DNA of 64,000 nucleotides from a virus (IMGVR_UViG_3300021075_000003:2212-66211); one strand, 5' to 3'; positions 18,615 through 28,155 are shown, counted from the stretch's first letter. Made by a program: numbers and translations. Notes: generated from the letters alone by a model not told the origin.

Positions 18615-20028
18615 AGTTTTGGTAGTGGGTCCGACACTGGTAGATATTTACTATATCGGCCAGCCGCGCGGACTCGATCAGACTGCGCCTATACCCGTGA
18701 TTAACATTACGGAAGCCGCGCACGGTGTCGGAGGCGCGGCTAATGCGGCGTCTACGCTTGCGCGCCTAGGCGCTGACACTGTACTAGTGACAGCGCTTGC
18801 TGCCGACAGCGCTGGCGAGATATGCGCGCAATGTCTGAAGCAGAATGACGTTAAGCTAGCGTCGGCTAAAACGCCGGGCTACAAGCATGCTGTTAAAAAT
18901 CGGCTCTATGTTGGCGACCATCTGGTAGCACGCTTTGACTCCAGTGCTGAGGAGGCCAATGTGCATGACTATATTCGCGATCAGTTTGAGCGCGCATATG
19001 ATTCGCACCGGCCCAACGTAGTGCTTGTTTCTGACTACGGTAACGCCGTCATCGACGATAGCGTGTTGGACACAGTCATGCGCCGTGCTGCAGAAACAGA
19101 TACGCCAGTCATCATCGATCCTAATGTTCGGCGCATGCATTCCTACAAAGGCGCATATGCTATTACGCCGAGCGCGCAACAGTTGGCCGAGTATGCTCCC
19201 AACACGCCAGTTGTGCAGGCAATGCGTAGCCTGTTTCGTGAACTGGAGCCGAAGAATGTTGTGACTACGCTCGGCGCAGAGGGTGCTAGTCTGTTGAATG
19301 CGCTAATGCACCAGAACTTACCTGCCATTCCCACTATTGTTCGTGACACTTGCGGTGCAGGAGATGCGTTTGTGGCTGCCCTCGCGTACTGTGTCGGCAA
19401 TAGGCAATCTATGCGGTACGCCGTTGAATACGCCAACGCGGCCGGCTCTGCTAAGGTGGGGTACTTTGGCGCTGTGCCAGTAGGAGCGCATGACGTTCTG
19501 CGCAAGGAGATCGTGTCGTTAGGTTCGGCTGCCAAAGAGCTGTCTTTAGAAGAAGCCCTGCGCATGCGTAAATCGGTAAAAATTAGTAAGGGTAAGTTTG
19601 GCATAGCCAATGGCGTGTTTGACCTAATGCACATTGGGCACGCGGACATGCTGCGCAAAGCGGCTAAGGAGTGTGACTTTTTACTAGTACTAGTCAACTC
19701 TGACGAGTCAGCAAGCAACTTCAAGCGACGGCCCATCAATTCCTACGAGGTGCGATCGCTGATGGTTGCCAGTCATCCACAGGTTAGCGCTGTGCTGGCG
19801 CTGGAAGCTGATGACCCGGCAAAGCTGCTTGAACTTCTTGAGCCTGATGTCCTTATCAAGGGGCCAGACAACACTATCGAAATGACACCTGGAGCCTCTC
19901 AAGTGGTCGCTAATGGCGGACGCTTCGTGGTTACTACAAAGGAACACGACATTAGCACCACAGCTATAATCGCGGAGCATAGCAGTAAAAACCACACTGA
20001 GACAGCAACGACTGACATCGGCACTTAA
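18601..20028 (+). CDS. hldE: HldE/RfaE-like bifunctional sugar kinase / nucleotidyltransferase
   Basis: PfkB domain (GGAANAA, VSDYG, DTCGAGDAF) fused to cytidylyltransferase-like domain (NGVFDLMHIGH, NSDES, STTAII). Confidence 0.85.
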   Translation: MPVPRVLVVGPTLVDIYYIGQPRGLDQTAPIPVINITEAAHGVGGAANAASTLARLGADTVLVTALAADSAGEICAQCLKQNDVKLASAKTPGYKHAVKNRLYVGDHLVARFDSSAEEANVHDYIRDQFERAYDSHRPNVVLVSDYGNAVIDDSVLDTVMRRAAETDTPVIIDPNVRRMHSYKGAYAITPSAQQLAEYAPNTPVVQAMRSLFRELEPKNVVTTLGAEGASLLNALMHQNLPAIPTIVRDTCGAGDAFVAALAYCVGNRQSMRYAVEYANAAGSAKVGYFGAVPVGAHDVLRKEIVSLGSAAKELSLEEALRMRKSVKISKGKFGIANGVFDLMHIGHADMLRKAAKECDFLLVLVNSDESASNFKRRPINSYEVRSLMVASHPQVSAVLALEADDPAKLLELLEPDVLIKGPDNTIEMTPGASQVVANGGRFVVTTKEHDISTTAIIAEHSSKNHTETATTDIGT

Positions 20029-20309
20029 TGAACTGCCAACACTTACTGCCGAACTTGCATTTGAACGACTGACCGTTGAGTGTAGTGACGAGAATCGTCA
20101 CTGGAAGTTCATGTTTGGCTCAAAGCATATTGCCGACTATTGGCCGGCATCCGCTAAGGGCCAGATCATAGGCGAGTTAAAGCCAGTTTCTTGTGCCAGC
20201 CCAGCGCAGGCACAGAAACTGGCTATCTCGGCAAAGAAAGCAATGATTAAGAGAATCGCATCTAAGCTGTTACTCTGTAAAAACTGTACCTGTATAAGAG
20301 GAAAACAAG

Positions 20310-20699
20310 ATGGGAATTAGACACTTCAAGCAAATGTATGCGGATGCGGTTGAAGTTGACCGTCAGGCAGTAGTGACAGCTATGCTGATGGCTACTGAGA
20401 CACCCGCCGAGCGCGCCTCTACGGTACCATATCTTTGGAAAGACATGCCGCGAGACGCGCTATTGGATATAGCCAGAAAAGCCGAACAGATCGGCGAGGA
20501 GTTTACCGAGCAGATTAAAATAATGCTGCTTACCGGTGATATTACCGTATTGATGACAGATCAGGCTGGACATACACACAAGGTGAATGATCCAGACGTA
20601 ATAGACTTCGATGCGCCGACATTAAGCGATGCCGGATTGCTATTAGCGCTTGGTATTTATCTGAGCGAAAAGAAGCTGAAGCAGGGAGAACACAATTAG
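20310..20699 (+). CDS. hypothetical protein
   Basis: GAGG SD; 129 aa. Confidence 0.55.
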   Translation: MGIRHFKQMYADAVEVDRQAVVTAMLMATETPAERASTVPYLWKDMPRDALLDIARKAEQIGEEFTEQIKIMLLTGDITVLMTDQAGHTHKVNDPDVIDFDAPTLSDAGLLLALGIYLSEKKLKQGEHN

Positions 20700-21795
20700 C
20701 AAGCAACCGTTTGCACTAGTTTCGTCTGATTGGCATGTTAGACGTGCCGATCGCACATGGTATAGGCGCAATGAGATATACGGCGATACCGGTTATTCGA
20801 TAGGCCAAATAAACGATATCGCAGACGCCTATGATGTCCCCAACGTATTTCTAGCCGGTGATCTATTTGACATGAAGCTGCAACAATCTGATGCGCTACA
20901 TGTTATGCGCTTGGCCTTAGATCGCTTCCAGGAAGAGAGCCGCCGTGTGTTTTACATACAAGGACAACACGAGCGATCAGCGCCGCCTATTCTATCCGCT
21001 ATGCATCCTTGGCCGGACTATCTGCATAAGACTACTGTCGAGCTTGCGGGTATGCGCGTACACGGTCTGGATTATTGCAATCCGGGCGAAGTGGAGAGCG
21101 AGTTAAAGAACATACCGGAAGATATAGATATCTTTATGACCCATCAGGTCTGGAAAGATTTCTTAGGCGATAAGCATGGGGATGCATGGATTGATTGGAC
21201 ATTTGGTAACCCATTGATCATATCTGGTGACTATCACAGAGCTATGGTAGTTACACATGGCGCTAGAACGTTAATATCGCCAGGCTCATTGTGTATGCAA
21301 GACATAGGCGAGATACCTGTTAAGAGTGTCTACATACTATTTGATGACCTGTCTACAGAATGTATACAGCTGCGTACACGTAACTATTTTGAGAACATCC
21401 TTAACACAACGGAGGAGTTAGATGAATTTGTTAGTACCTGGGATAGAAACCCTGCCAGGATTCCACAATCTGCCGTACCTTCCAATATTGCTGTTAACCT
21501 GTTACGCGTGCGTTATCGTAGTGATCTGCCACAGGCAAGACAACGGGTAGAAGCAACCGTAGGTACAAGCGCACATCTATTTGTAGATCCGCTCAAAGCA
21601 ATTGTTACGGAGCAAATGAACGTGGAGCAGTCACGTAGGGTAGAAGCAGTGATGCAGGGCGGACTAGAAGGCTGCATAGCAGAATTCTATTCTGACAATG
21701 TCAGGGTTCGTGATTACGCAATACGGCTGGCGCGTGCCAGCAATATTCAAACAGAATTACTTTCAATCTTCGGAGAATTGACACAATGTCAATAA
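20695..21795 (+). CDS. sbcD: SbcD/Mre11-like metallophosphoesterase nuclease
   Basis: SDWH (upstream of the track ATG), GDLFD, GQHE, THQ, GDYH, SPGS; needs a non-AUG start (ATT 20695). Confidence 0.85.
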   Translation: MSKQPFALVSSDWHVRRADRTWYRRNEIYGDTGYSIGQINDIADAYDVPNVFLAGDLFDMKLQQSDALHVMRLALDRFQEESRRVFYIQGQHERSAPPILSAMHPWPDYLHKTTVELAGMRVHGLDYCNPGEVESELKNIPEDIDIFMTHQVWKDFLGDKHGDAWIDWTFGNPLIISGDYHRAMVVTHGARTLISPGSLCMQDIGEIPVKSVYILFDDLSTECIQLRTRNYFENILNTTEELDEFVSTWDRNPARIPQSAVPSNIAVNLLRVRYRSDLPQARQRVEATVGTSAHLFVDPLKAIVTEQMNVEQSRRVEAVMQGGLEGCIAEFYSDNVRVRDYAIRLARASNIQTELLSIFGELTQCQ

Positions 21796-22439
21796 CAGTA
21801 ACAGACAAAGAACACTTTCAAAGGCGACTATCTGAGCGCGCTGCTGATCTTAATGCCGAGATACTGGCCAGCGACGCTACGTGGCAAAAGGAGCTTGTTA
21901 CACAAGCCGTAGAGCGAGCAGAAGCTTACTACAACATGGAAGAGCTGCTAGCTAAAAAGCAACTATGGGAGCGACGAAGTGCTCGGGCAGCAACCAGACT
22001 TCGGCAGACAGAAGTTGAGATTGTGGCGCATGTTCGCGGCCTCAGGCCAGAAAATGTAGGTGCGCCAGATAACTACACCTACTACGGTCGTAATTCTATA
22101 CGGCTGGCCGACGGACCAGTGCCAATGCCGATACCGTTCAATGACGATGACTTCAACAGATACCCGACAGATGCGCAGAAGATCATACGCCTGACCGCTG
22201 AGGCAGAGTTTAAGAGCTTACTGCACATGCATCCAATCGGGCAAAGGCTGATGAAGTTACGCGAGCAGTATATTACTTTTCAGGACCGTCTTGTGGCGTG
22301 CGCTACACATACGCAGCTGAGCATGGTCTGGAAAGAGCTACAAGAAGCTTTCGACATTGTTATGCAAGAGACACAGTCACGGCAGTTACGTAAGGTCAGT
22401 ACCGTGCGCAGTAACAAAACTACAACAAGTAACAAATAG
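21786..22439 (+). CDS. hypothetical helical protein
   Basis: GGAG SD; 217 aa. Confidence 0.6.
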   Translation: MSITVTDKEHFQRRLSERAADLNAEILASDATWQKELVTQAVERAEAYYNMEELLAKKQLWERRSARAATRLRQTEVEIVAHVRGLRPENVGAPDNYTYYGRNSIRLADGPVPMPIPFNDDDFNRYPTDAQKIIRLTAEAEFKSLLHMHPIGQRLMKLREQYITFQDRLVACATHTQLSMVWKELQEAFDIVMQETQSRQLRKVSTVRSNKTTTSNK

Positions 22440-22448
22440 AGATTCCAA

Positions 22449-22808
22449 ATGGATCCAGAACTAAAAGATTCTACTAAAGAAAATTACGTTGCATGTGTGC
22501 GTCTAACCAAGGGACTCATTGTCGCTGGGCGTAAACTGGGTGAAAATCTGCAAGCGATGTATAAGTACATACCGGCAACTGAAGACATAGCTGCCGATGA
22601 AACTAACTGGCTCAACTTGATCCAAAAGGAATACGGTATCGAGCCAGATATTGCGCTGATCTTTGCGGACTTTAGCCTTATGGACGAGGTCCAGCAAGCA
22701 GTGGCGCTGCCGACGCAGACTATGCCGCTGTTGGACGCGCTAACGCTACTAACATACCTAACGCCATGTGGCGTGGCCGAAGACCCAGCAGACTGTTTGC
22801 TTGTATGA
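22449..22808 (+). CDS. hypothetical protein
   Basis: 119 aa; stop overlaps sbcC start (ATGA). Confidence 0.55.
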   Translation: MDPELKDSTKENYVACVRLTKGLIVAGRKLGENLQAMYKYIPATEDIAADETNWLNLIQKEYGIEPDIALIFADFSLMDEVQQAVALPTQTMPLLDALTLLTYLTPCGVAEDPADCLLV

Positions 22809-24670
22809 TTATAGATCGACTAACGCTGGATAACTTTTGCCAGCATAGGGATTTATGTCTAACATTCAGCCCACGATTGAATTTATTACTTGGGCCTAAC
22901 GGTAGCGGTAAGACTAACATCTTGCGCGCTATGCAATTTGCTTTGACAGGTGACGCAGGTGGCGATAGGAATAAGCTAGAAGATATAGCGCAGGGCGCAG
23001 ACGCTACTGGCAATGCAGGTGTTACTCTATCGCTAACACATGCCAACGCTCCGATAGAGATAGTGCGCAGCCTAAGGCCGAATCGTAATACGCTAGTAGT
23101 CGGTGGTCAGCAGTTCAACGGCGCAATAGAGATTAATAAAGAACTGTGGACGCGACTCGGTGTAACCAAGAAGCAGATAGTAGACTATGTGTTTGTTGGT
23201 CAGCGTAAGATAGACGAGATGTTTGATCAGAAGCCAGCGGAGCGCGCCGCTTCGTTGGCTGCGTTGTTTGGGCTAAGCCATGCGGCTGCCGTACACAAAC
23301 ACACCGGCGAGTTCATCAATAGCATTGAGGTGCCTACAACACTACTCAGCGAGGATGCGCTGCTGAGCCAGCTGACAGCATTTGATACGTTGGATACAGA
23401 GCTGGAAAATAGGCGACAAGCTGTAATACGTGTGTATCAGGAAGACATAGCACGCCTAGACCTGGATATTGAGATACTGGAAGACGACCTCACCGAGGCT
23501 GGCAACTATTATGACGAAGCTAGAGGGGCGTTGCAGCAATGGCGCGTATACCATGCCAGCCAGAAGGCACGAGAACAGGCTGAGGCGCGGCTTAAAGCTA
23601 CTGCAGCTAAGCCGCAACTGCGTGTACCAGTGCAGCCAGCCAAGGCCACACTCAATGCTAAGGAAGTGCAAACACTAGCCGAGTATCAGTCGTCAGTTGC
23701 TACCTGCCGCAGCTCTATTCGTGACCTGTCATCAAAGGCGCATGCTACGTGCACAGCTTGCGGTCAAACCATGCCAGGGCAGGAAGCGCGACAGTCTCAG
23801 ATTATGAAGTTGCAACTTGACTTGGCTACGATTGAGCCAAAGCTAGCAAAACTAACTGCGCGCAAAGATGCCTGGATACAGCATGACACTGATATGAAGG
23901 CGTACCTAGCCTGGCAGCAGGAGTGCTCTAATGCACAAGCCGCTGTGGCTGCGCTTAAAGCATGCGCTGCTCCATCTGCAACAGAAGTTGATTTACAGCG
24001 CATTGTTGCAGAGGAGCGTGAACTGATGGACGCTATATCGTCATTACAGGAGCAACGCAGTACGCGAGGGATGACGCACACGGGTAACATTCAGTCTTTG
24101 GATTTGCAACGTGAGCGCGCTAGGGGCGATCGTGAGCATGCGACGCAGAAGTTAGCTGAGTTTAGGCAGATACGTGAGCATGCTTCCATGACACGCGATG
24201 CTAAGGATATGCTCACGCTGGTGCGACAGGTATTCCACCATGATGAGGCTCCGCGCATGGTGAGTTATACCTATATTGAAGATATGCTTGAACAAGTCAA
24301 TGACACATTGGAGATCTTTGATGCACCATACAGAGTCAGCATGGACGATAACCTCGGTTTCGTCGCCGGGTTCCTTGACGGTATCAGGTCCCAGCCAGAT
24401 AAAAGACTATCAGTGGGAGAAAGGATTGTTTTGGCGATGGCCTTCCGTATTGCCGTCAATTCAACTTTCGCAGGTCAAGTCGGCGTTCTCGTCCTCGACG
24501 AGCCCACAGCGGGTTTGGATGAGCACAACATTGGGTGCCTCCCCCGTGCAATCGACCGGCTCAAAGAGCTTTCCGAAGAACGTGACCTACAGGTGTTTTT
24601 CGTAACTCACGAGCCTAGAATTACAGGTCAGTTTGATAACGTGATTCAATTAGAGGCAGCGCAAATATGA
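22805..24670 (+). CDS. sbcC: SbcC/Rad50-like SMC ATPase
   Basis: GPNGSGKT, coiled coil with CTACG zinc hook, LSVGE signature, VLDEP, VTH. Confidence 0.92.
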   Translation: MIIDRLTLDNFCQHRDLCLTFSPRLNLLLGPNGSGKTNILRAMQFALTGDAGGDRNKLEDIAQGADATGNAGVTLSLTHANAPIEIVRSLRPNRNTLVVGGQQFNGAIEINKELWTRLGVTKKQIVDYVFVGQRKIDEMFDQKPAERAASLAALFGLSHAAAVHKHTGEFINSIEVPTTLLSEDALLSQLTAFDTLDTELENRRQAVIRVYQEDIARLDLDIEILEDDLTEAGNYYDEARGALQQWRVYHASQKAREQAEARLKATAAKPQLRVPVQPAKATLNAKEVQTLAEYQSSVATCRSSIRDLSSKAHATCTACGQTMPGQEARQSQIMKLQLDLATIEPKLAKLTARKDAWIQHDTDMKAYLAWQQECSNAQAAVAALKACAAPSATEVDLQRIVAEERELMDAISSLQEQRSTRGMTHTGNIQSLDLQRERARGDREHATQKLAEFRQIREHASMTRDAKDMLTLVRQVFHHDEAPRMVSYTYIEDMLEQVNDTLEIFDAPYRVSMDDNLGFVAGFLDGIRSQPDKRLSVGERIVLAMAFRIAVNSTFAGQVGVLVLDEPTAGLDEHNIGCLPRAIDRLKELSEERDLQVFFVTHEPRITGQFDNVIQLEAAQI

Positions 24671-24867
24671 GTACATGGGAAAGTGAACATTGCCCAAATT
24701 GCGGCTCAGAACCATACGATCCTGATGACGAGAAGGCTCCTAACTATTTGCACATAGATAGCGCATGGCTATGCGGTAGTTACAGACCTTATCATCACGA
24801 CATAGACCTATCGCCAGTATGCAAGATACTGCAGCAACGAAAGCCCAACAGTGCTGCGAGCGGATAG
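24667..24867 (+). CDS. small Zn-ribbon protein
   Basis: HCPNCG...WLCGS; ATGA coupling. Confidence 0.55.
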   Translation: MSTWESEHCPNCGSEPYDPDDEKAPNYLHIDSAWLCGSYRPYHHDIDLSPVCKILQQRKPNSAASG

Positions 24868-25810
24868 TTTACGCGTCCATGTCATAGATAACCGGCTCTG
24901 GTATCAGGGAACTGAATCAGAGCCGGTTCTATATGGTGACATGAATGCATTCTTAGAAGACAAGCTAGTAGACAACTATGCGCGTATTAGACTTCTGGGT
25001 ATGTCTTGCAACGCAGAGCTCATAGTAGGGCTTTACGACCAGAAGCGCCGTGTCGAAGTATGTACGCCGGCAATTGTTGCGCAACGTACTAATAGGTATA
25101 AACCCGGACCAGTGCTATTCGAGCTAGGTCTCTGTTGTTGGGGACCATCCCAGGGAGGTTTTCATGAAGTTGTAGCAAGTGATAGAGCGGCATACGCATT
25201 GGCCGCATATATGCGCACATCGCACACAGAGGTTGATAAAGAACTGGTGCAACAGCATATAGCATGGAAGCCGTTAGAGTTTTTACAGTCAGTCAGTATT
25301 GCGAATGGGGCAGCTATACTAGCTAAGATCATAGATCCGCGCTGGTACATAGACCCATGCTATCCTGACAGACCTAATAGGCTTTATGAGGCGCTAGGTT
25401 TGAATCTACATACACAGCGGGCAGTAACAGGCACAAAATACTACAAAGCCAAATACCAGAACATCTGCCGATGTGTACTACACAGCTGGAAGGACGAGCA
25501 GCAAGAGCAGGCTATCAAGGGCCTATACGAGTTAGCGGGCACTAAGCCGCACGCGGATGCTACATTGCCTGGTATTCGTCCGCATGATTTTTGCTGGCGT
25601 ACATGGGCAGGGCATAGAGACCCTGTTAAAGCTGATGTCCGCGGCTCTCAGCGATTTGCTAACTATATGCGCCAGACCTGGCTTAGCGAGATCTATCGCG
25701 GTGCAGCGTCTACCCCAGAAGAACGAGCAGGATTATTTAGGGCTGCGGACTTCTTCAAGTATGAAGAAGAAGTCTATGCTTACGAGCAATTTGCAGCGAA
25801 ACTTTCATAA
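24851..25810 (+). CDS. IS110 Transposase_20 / Nop-domain-like protein, apparently non-catalytic
   Basis: LEFLQSVSIANGAAILAKIIDPRWY...RLYEALGL parallels the L.sIpGiG...Aa.ilaeigD..rF...l.ayaGL motif. Confidence 0.5.
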   Translation: MLRADSLRVHVIDNRLWYQGTESEPVLYGDMNAFLEDKLVDNYARIRLLGMSCNAELIVGLYDQKRRVEVCTPAIVAQRTNRYKPGPVLFELGLCCWGPSQGGFHEVVASDRAAYALAAYMRTSHTEVDKELVQQHIAWKPLEFLQSVSIANGAAILAKIIDPRWYIDPCYPDRPNRLYEALGLNLHTQRAVTGTKYYKAKYQNICRCVLHSWKDEQQEQAIKGLYELAGTKPHADATLPGIRPHDFCWRTWAGHRDPVKADVRGSQRFANYMRQTWLSEIYRGAASTPEERAGLFRAADFFKYEEEVYAYEQFAAKLS

Positions 25811-25830
25811 CAAGATGAAAAGGAGAGACA

Positions 25831-26091
25831 ATGATAAAGTCCGCTATTGATGTGGAATTTGAAGAACACGTGAAGGCACAAGCGAATTACGCCGACATGG
25901 TGAAGGAGGCGTTCGAGCACCAAGAAGAAGAAATGCGCACGATGAGTCATCGCGGAAAAGCTAACTTCATGATTAAGAAGGCGCATTCCGAAGATCAGGC
26001 CAATTTGGCCTTGGCCTATGCGGCAGAAGCACAAGTCTATGCCACGTTAGCACTTGCGGACGCTATCAAAGAAAGTTCGCATCGGCGCTAA
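25831..26091 (+). CDS. small helical hypothetical protein
   Basis: AGGAG SD; 86 aa. Confidence 0.65.
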   Translation: MIKSAIDVEFEEHVKAQANYADMVKEAFEHQEEEMRTMSHRGKANFMIKKAHSEDQANLALAYAAEAQVYATLALADAIKESSHRR

Positions 26092-26194
26092 ACACCAGCT
26101 GTAGTGGTGACATTAAGCTGTCATACAAAATGCATTTAGTGGGCTAGCTAACAACCCAGGAGTTATCTAACATGTCTAAACGAGAACGCGGCAC

Positions 26195-26671
26195 ATGCGA
26201 GAAGTAACTATTACCTTGGAGTTTACTCAACACTGTTTGGGCGACTGCAGGTATAAGAATAAATCGAAAATGTTACGCGATCCAAAAGGCCGTGTGATGC
26301 TATTGGCGCCCTGGTGGTTAGCCATAATGCGTTACGCGGCCGAAGTGCTTGGCGCACATCTTGAAGCGGTGAAGGATATTGATTGGGACCCCATAGTCGA
26401 AGGAGAAACGAATGACTACAAGCGATTCTACAGCCCCGGCAAATGGACACTTCACGAAGCTTTCTACCCAGGCGACCAGGTCGTCGCAAAGGCGGTCATA
26501 CCAGACGCAATTTCATTGGATGACTTCCGAGAACTCCTGCGAATCGCAGGGAGATATAAAGGAATCAGCCCATATCGTAAAGATAGACAATATGGAACTT
26601 TCGACGTAGTGTCAGTGGAGCCAGTATGCCAGATGCCACAGTCCGCAAGGGCGGACAATTCATTGAAGTAA
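26195..26671 (+). CDS. stand-alone RAMP/Cas7-like protein
   Basis: N-terminal strand ITLEFTQHCLG, RDPKGRV..WW..MR, HEAFYPG, C-terminal LLRIAGRYKGISPYRKDRQYGTFDV resembling the RAMP Gly-rich loop. Confidence 0.6.
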   Translation: MREVTITLEFTQHCLGDCRYKNKSKMLRDPKGRVMLLAPWWLAIMRYAAEVLGAHLEAVKDIDWDPIVEGETNDYKRFYSPGKWTLHEAFYPGDQVVAKAVIPDAISLDDFRELLRIAGRYKGISPYRKDRQYGTFDVVSVEPVCQMPQSARADNSLK

Positions 26672-28155
26672 GCAGCAACGGACAGAATCCATTGCCTATG
26701 GCCGCTTTGAAGACTTTAGAAGGATTGCTGTATTACGACCATGTCACATTTCATTTTGGCTGCAACCGCTTTGATGATGGCGGCAAACGAGGTTTGACAC
26801 ATGAACGCAGAGTCATGTTCACCTACGATGACAGCGGACGTCTATGTTGTTTTAAGGGCTTTTATCCTAAGGTTAAAGCAAACTTAGAGAAGCTTGGCTA
26901 TAGGGTAGTGTACATAGATAAAGACACGCCCAAACGGCCAGAGATTTACCAAGCTAATTGGGAGCGCGTATTCGAGCGCTTCCAGTTACGTGCAGAGCAG
27001 GACACGTGCTTGTCACAGATTGACATGCACGACTATGGCGTTGTTGTAGCGCCCCCTGCGTTCGGCAAGACGCACTTAATGGCAATGGTCGCTAACCTTT
27101 ACCCAAAGGCGAAGATAGACATTGTCACCAAGCGCAAAGACGTAGTGGGGCGCATTATACAACTTGTCAGCGAGACCGTACCAGACGTAGGGCAGGTAGG
27201 CGGCGGTAAACATCATGATAGTCGTGTAACTGTCTATACAGCTGACAGCCTACACCGATCAAACTACACTGCTGACATCCTGCTTGCCGACGAGGGGCAC
27301 GAGTTAATGACCGATCGCTTGGCAGAGATGCTAGGCCGCTACGCATCTTCGCGTAACTATACTTTCACTGCCACACCAGATATGCGGCTGGATGGCGCAC
27401 ACGCACGTATGGAGGGTATTTTTGGACCCAAAATATTCAGCATGTCCCAACGAGACGCCGAACGACATGCACTTGTCACACCAATCATGGTCCAGTGGGT
27501 CGACGTCAGATCAGACGCCGATGTCGCCGGACCCTACAAAACCATCGTCTCCCGTAAGCGACATGGAATCTGGCGCAACCACCAAAGGAACTCCATTCTG
27601 GCTGAGACTGCTAAGTCTTTTCTTGAAGATGGGCTTCAAGTTCTCGTGTTGGTTGATACTATCGATCATGCGCTCCATCTACGCCGTTTTCTTCCGGAAG
27701 CGAAACTCTGCTATTCAGAAGGAGCTTTGGGTCAAGGAACGGAAAAGCGCGCGACGTACATAAGAGCTGGCTTGCTGACAGAGGAAGAAGAGATGACATC
27801 TGCTCAGCGCACAGAACTACGTAAGCAATTTGAGCGCCGTGAAGTTATGTGTTGTATCGCTACAGGGGTATGGGCAGTAGGCGTGTCGTTTGACTCGCTG
27901 AATGTTCTCATACGCGCAGATGCGGGCGACTCAGAAACGCTGAACGTACAAATGCCTGGGCGCGTATGTCGAACGGATACTGGTACGGGTAAAGAGTGCG
28001 GCATCTTGATTGACTTCATGGACCACTGGAGTGACTACTTTAGAGCGCGCTCTAGTAACAGACGCAGAGACTACCATACGCGCGGGTGGGTGCAGCTTAA
28101 CGGTGATGGCAGTATATGGGAGCCTATGTCGCGAGGGCACCGTGGCAACCTATAA
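26626..28155 (+). CDS. superfamily 2 helicase (UvsW/XPB-like)
   Basis: APPAFGKT, DEGH, TAT, QMPGRVCR. Confidence 0.9.
   Translation: MPDATVRKGGQFIEVSSNGQNPLPMAALKTLEGLLYYDHVTFHFGCNRFDDGGKRGLTHERRVMFTYDDSGRLCCFKGFYPKVKANLEKLGYRVVYIDKDTPKRPEIYQANWERVFERFQLRAEQDTCLSQIDMHDYGVVVAPPAFGKTHLMAMVANLYPKAKIDIVTKRKDVVGRIIQLVSETVPDVGQVGGGKHHDSRVTVYTADSLHRSNYTADILLADEGHELMTDRLAEMLGRYASSRNYTFTATPDMRLDGAHARMEGIFGPKIFSMSQRDAERHALVTPIMVQWVDVRSDADVAGPYKTIVSRKRHGIWRNHQRNSILAETAKSFLEDGLQVLVLVDTIDHALHLRRFLPEAKLCYSEGALGQGTEKRATYIRAGLLTEEEEMTSAQRTELRKQFERREVMCCIATGVWAVGVSFDSLNVLIRADAGDSETLNVQMPGRVCRTDTGTGKECGILIDFMDHWSDYFRARSSNRRRDYHTRGWVQLNGDGSIWEPMSRGHRGNL

Noticed and set aside
25810-26200. Guide or repeat array next to the RAMP-like gene
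   Set aside because: No direct repeats or short periodic motif are visible; the space is mostly filled by an SD-led 86-aa ORF
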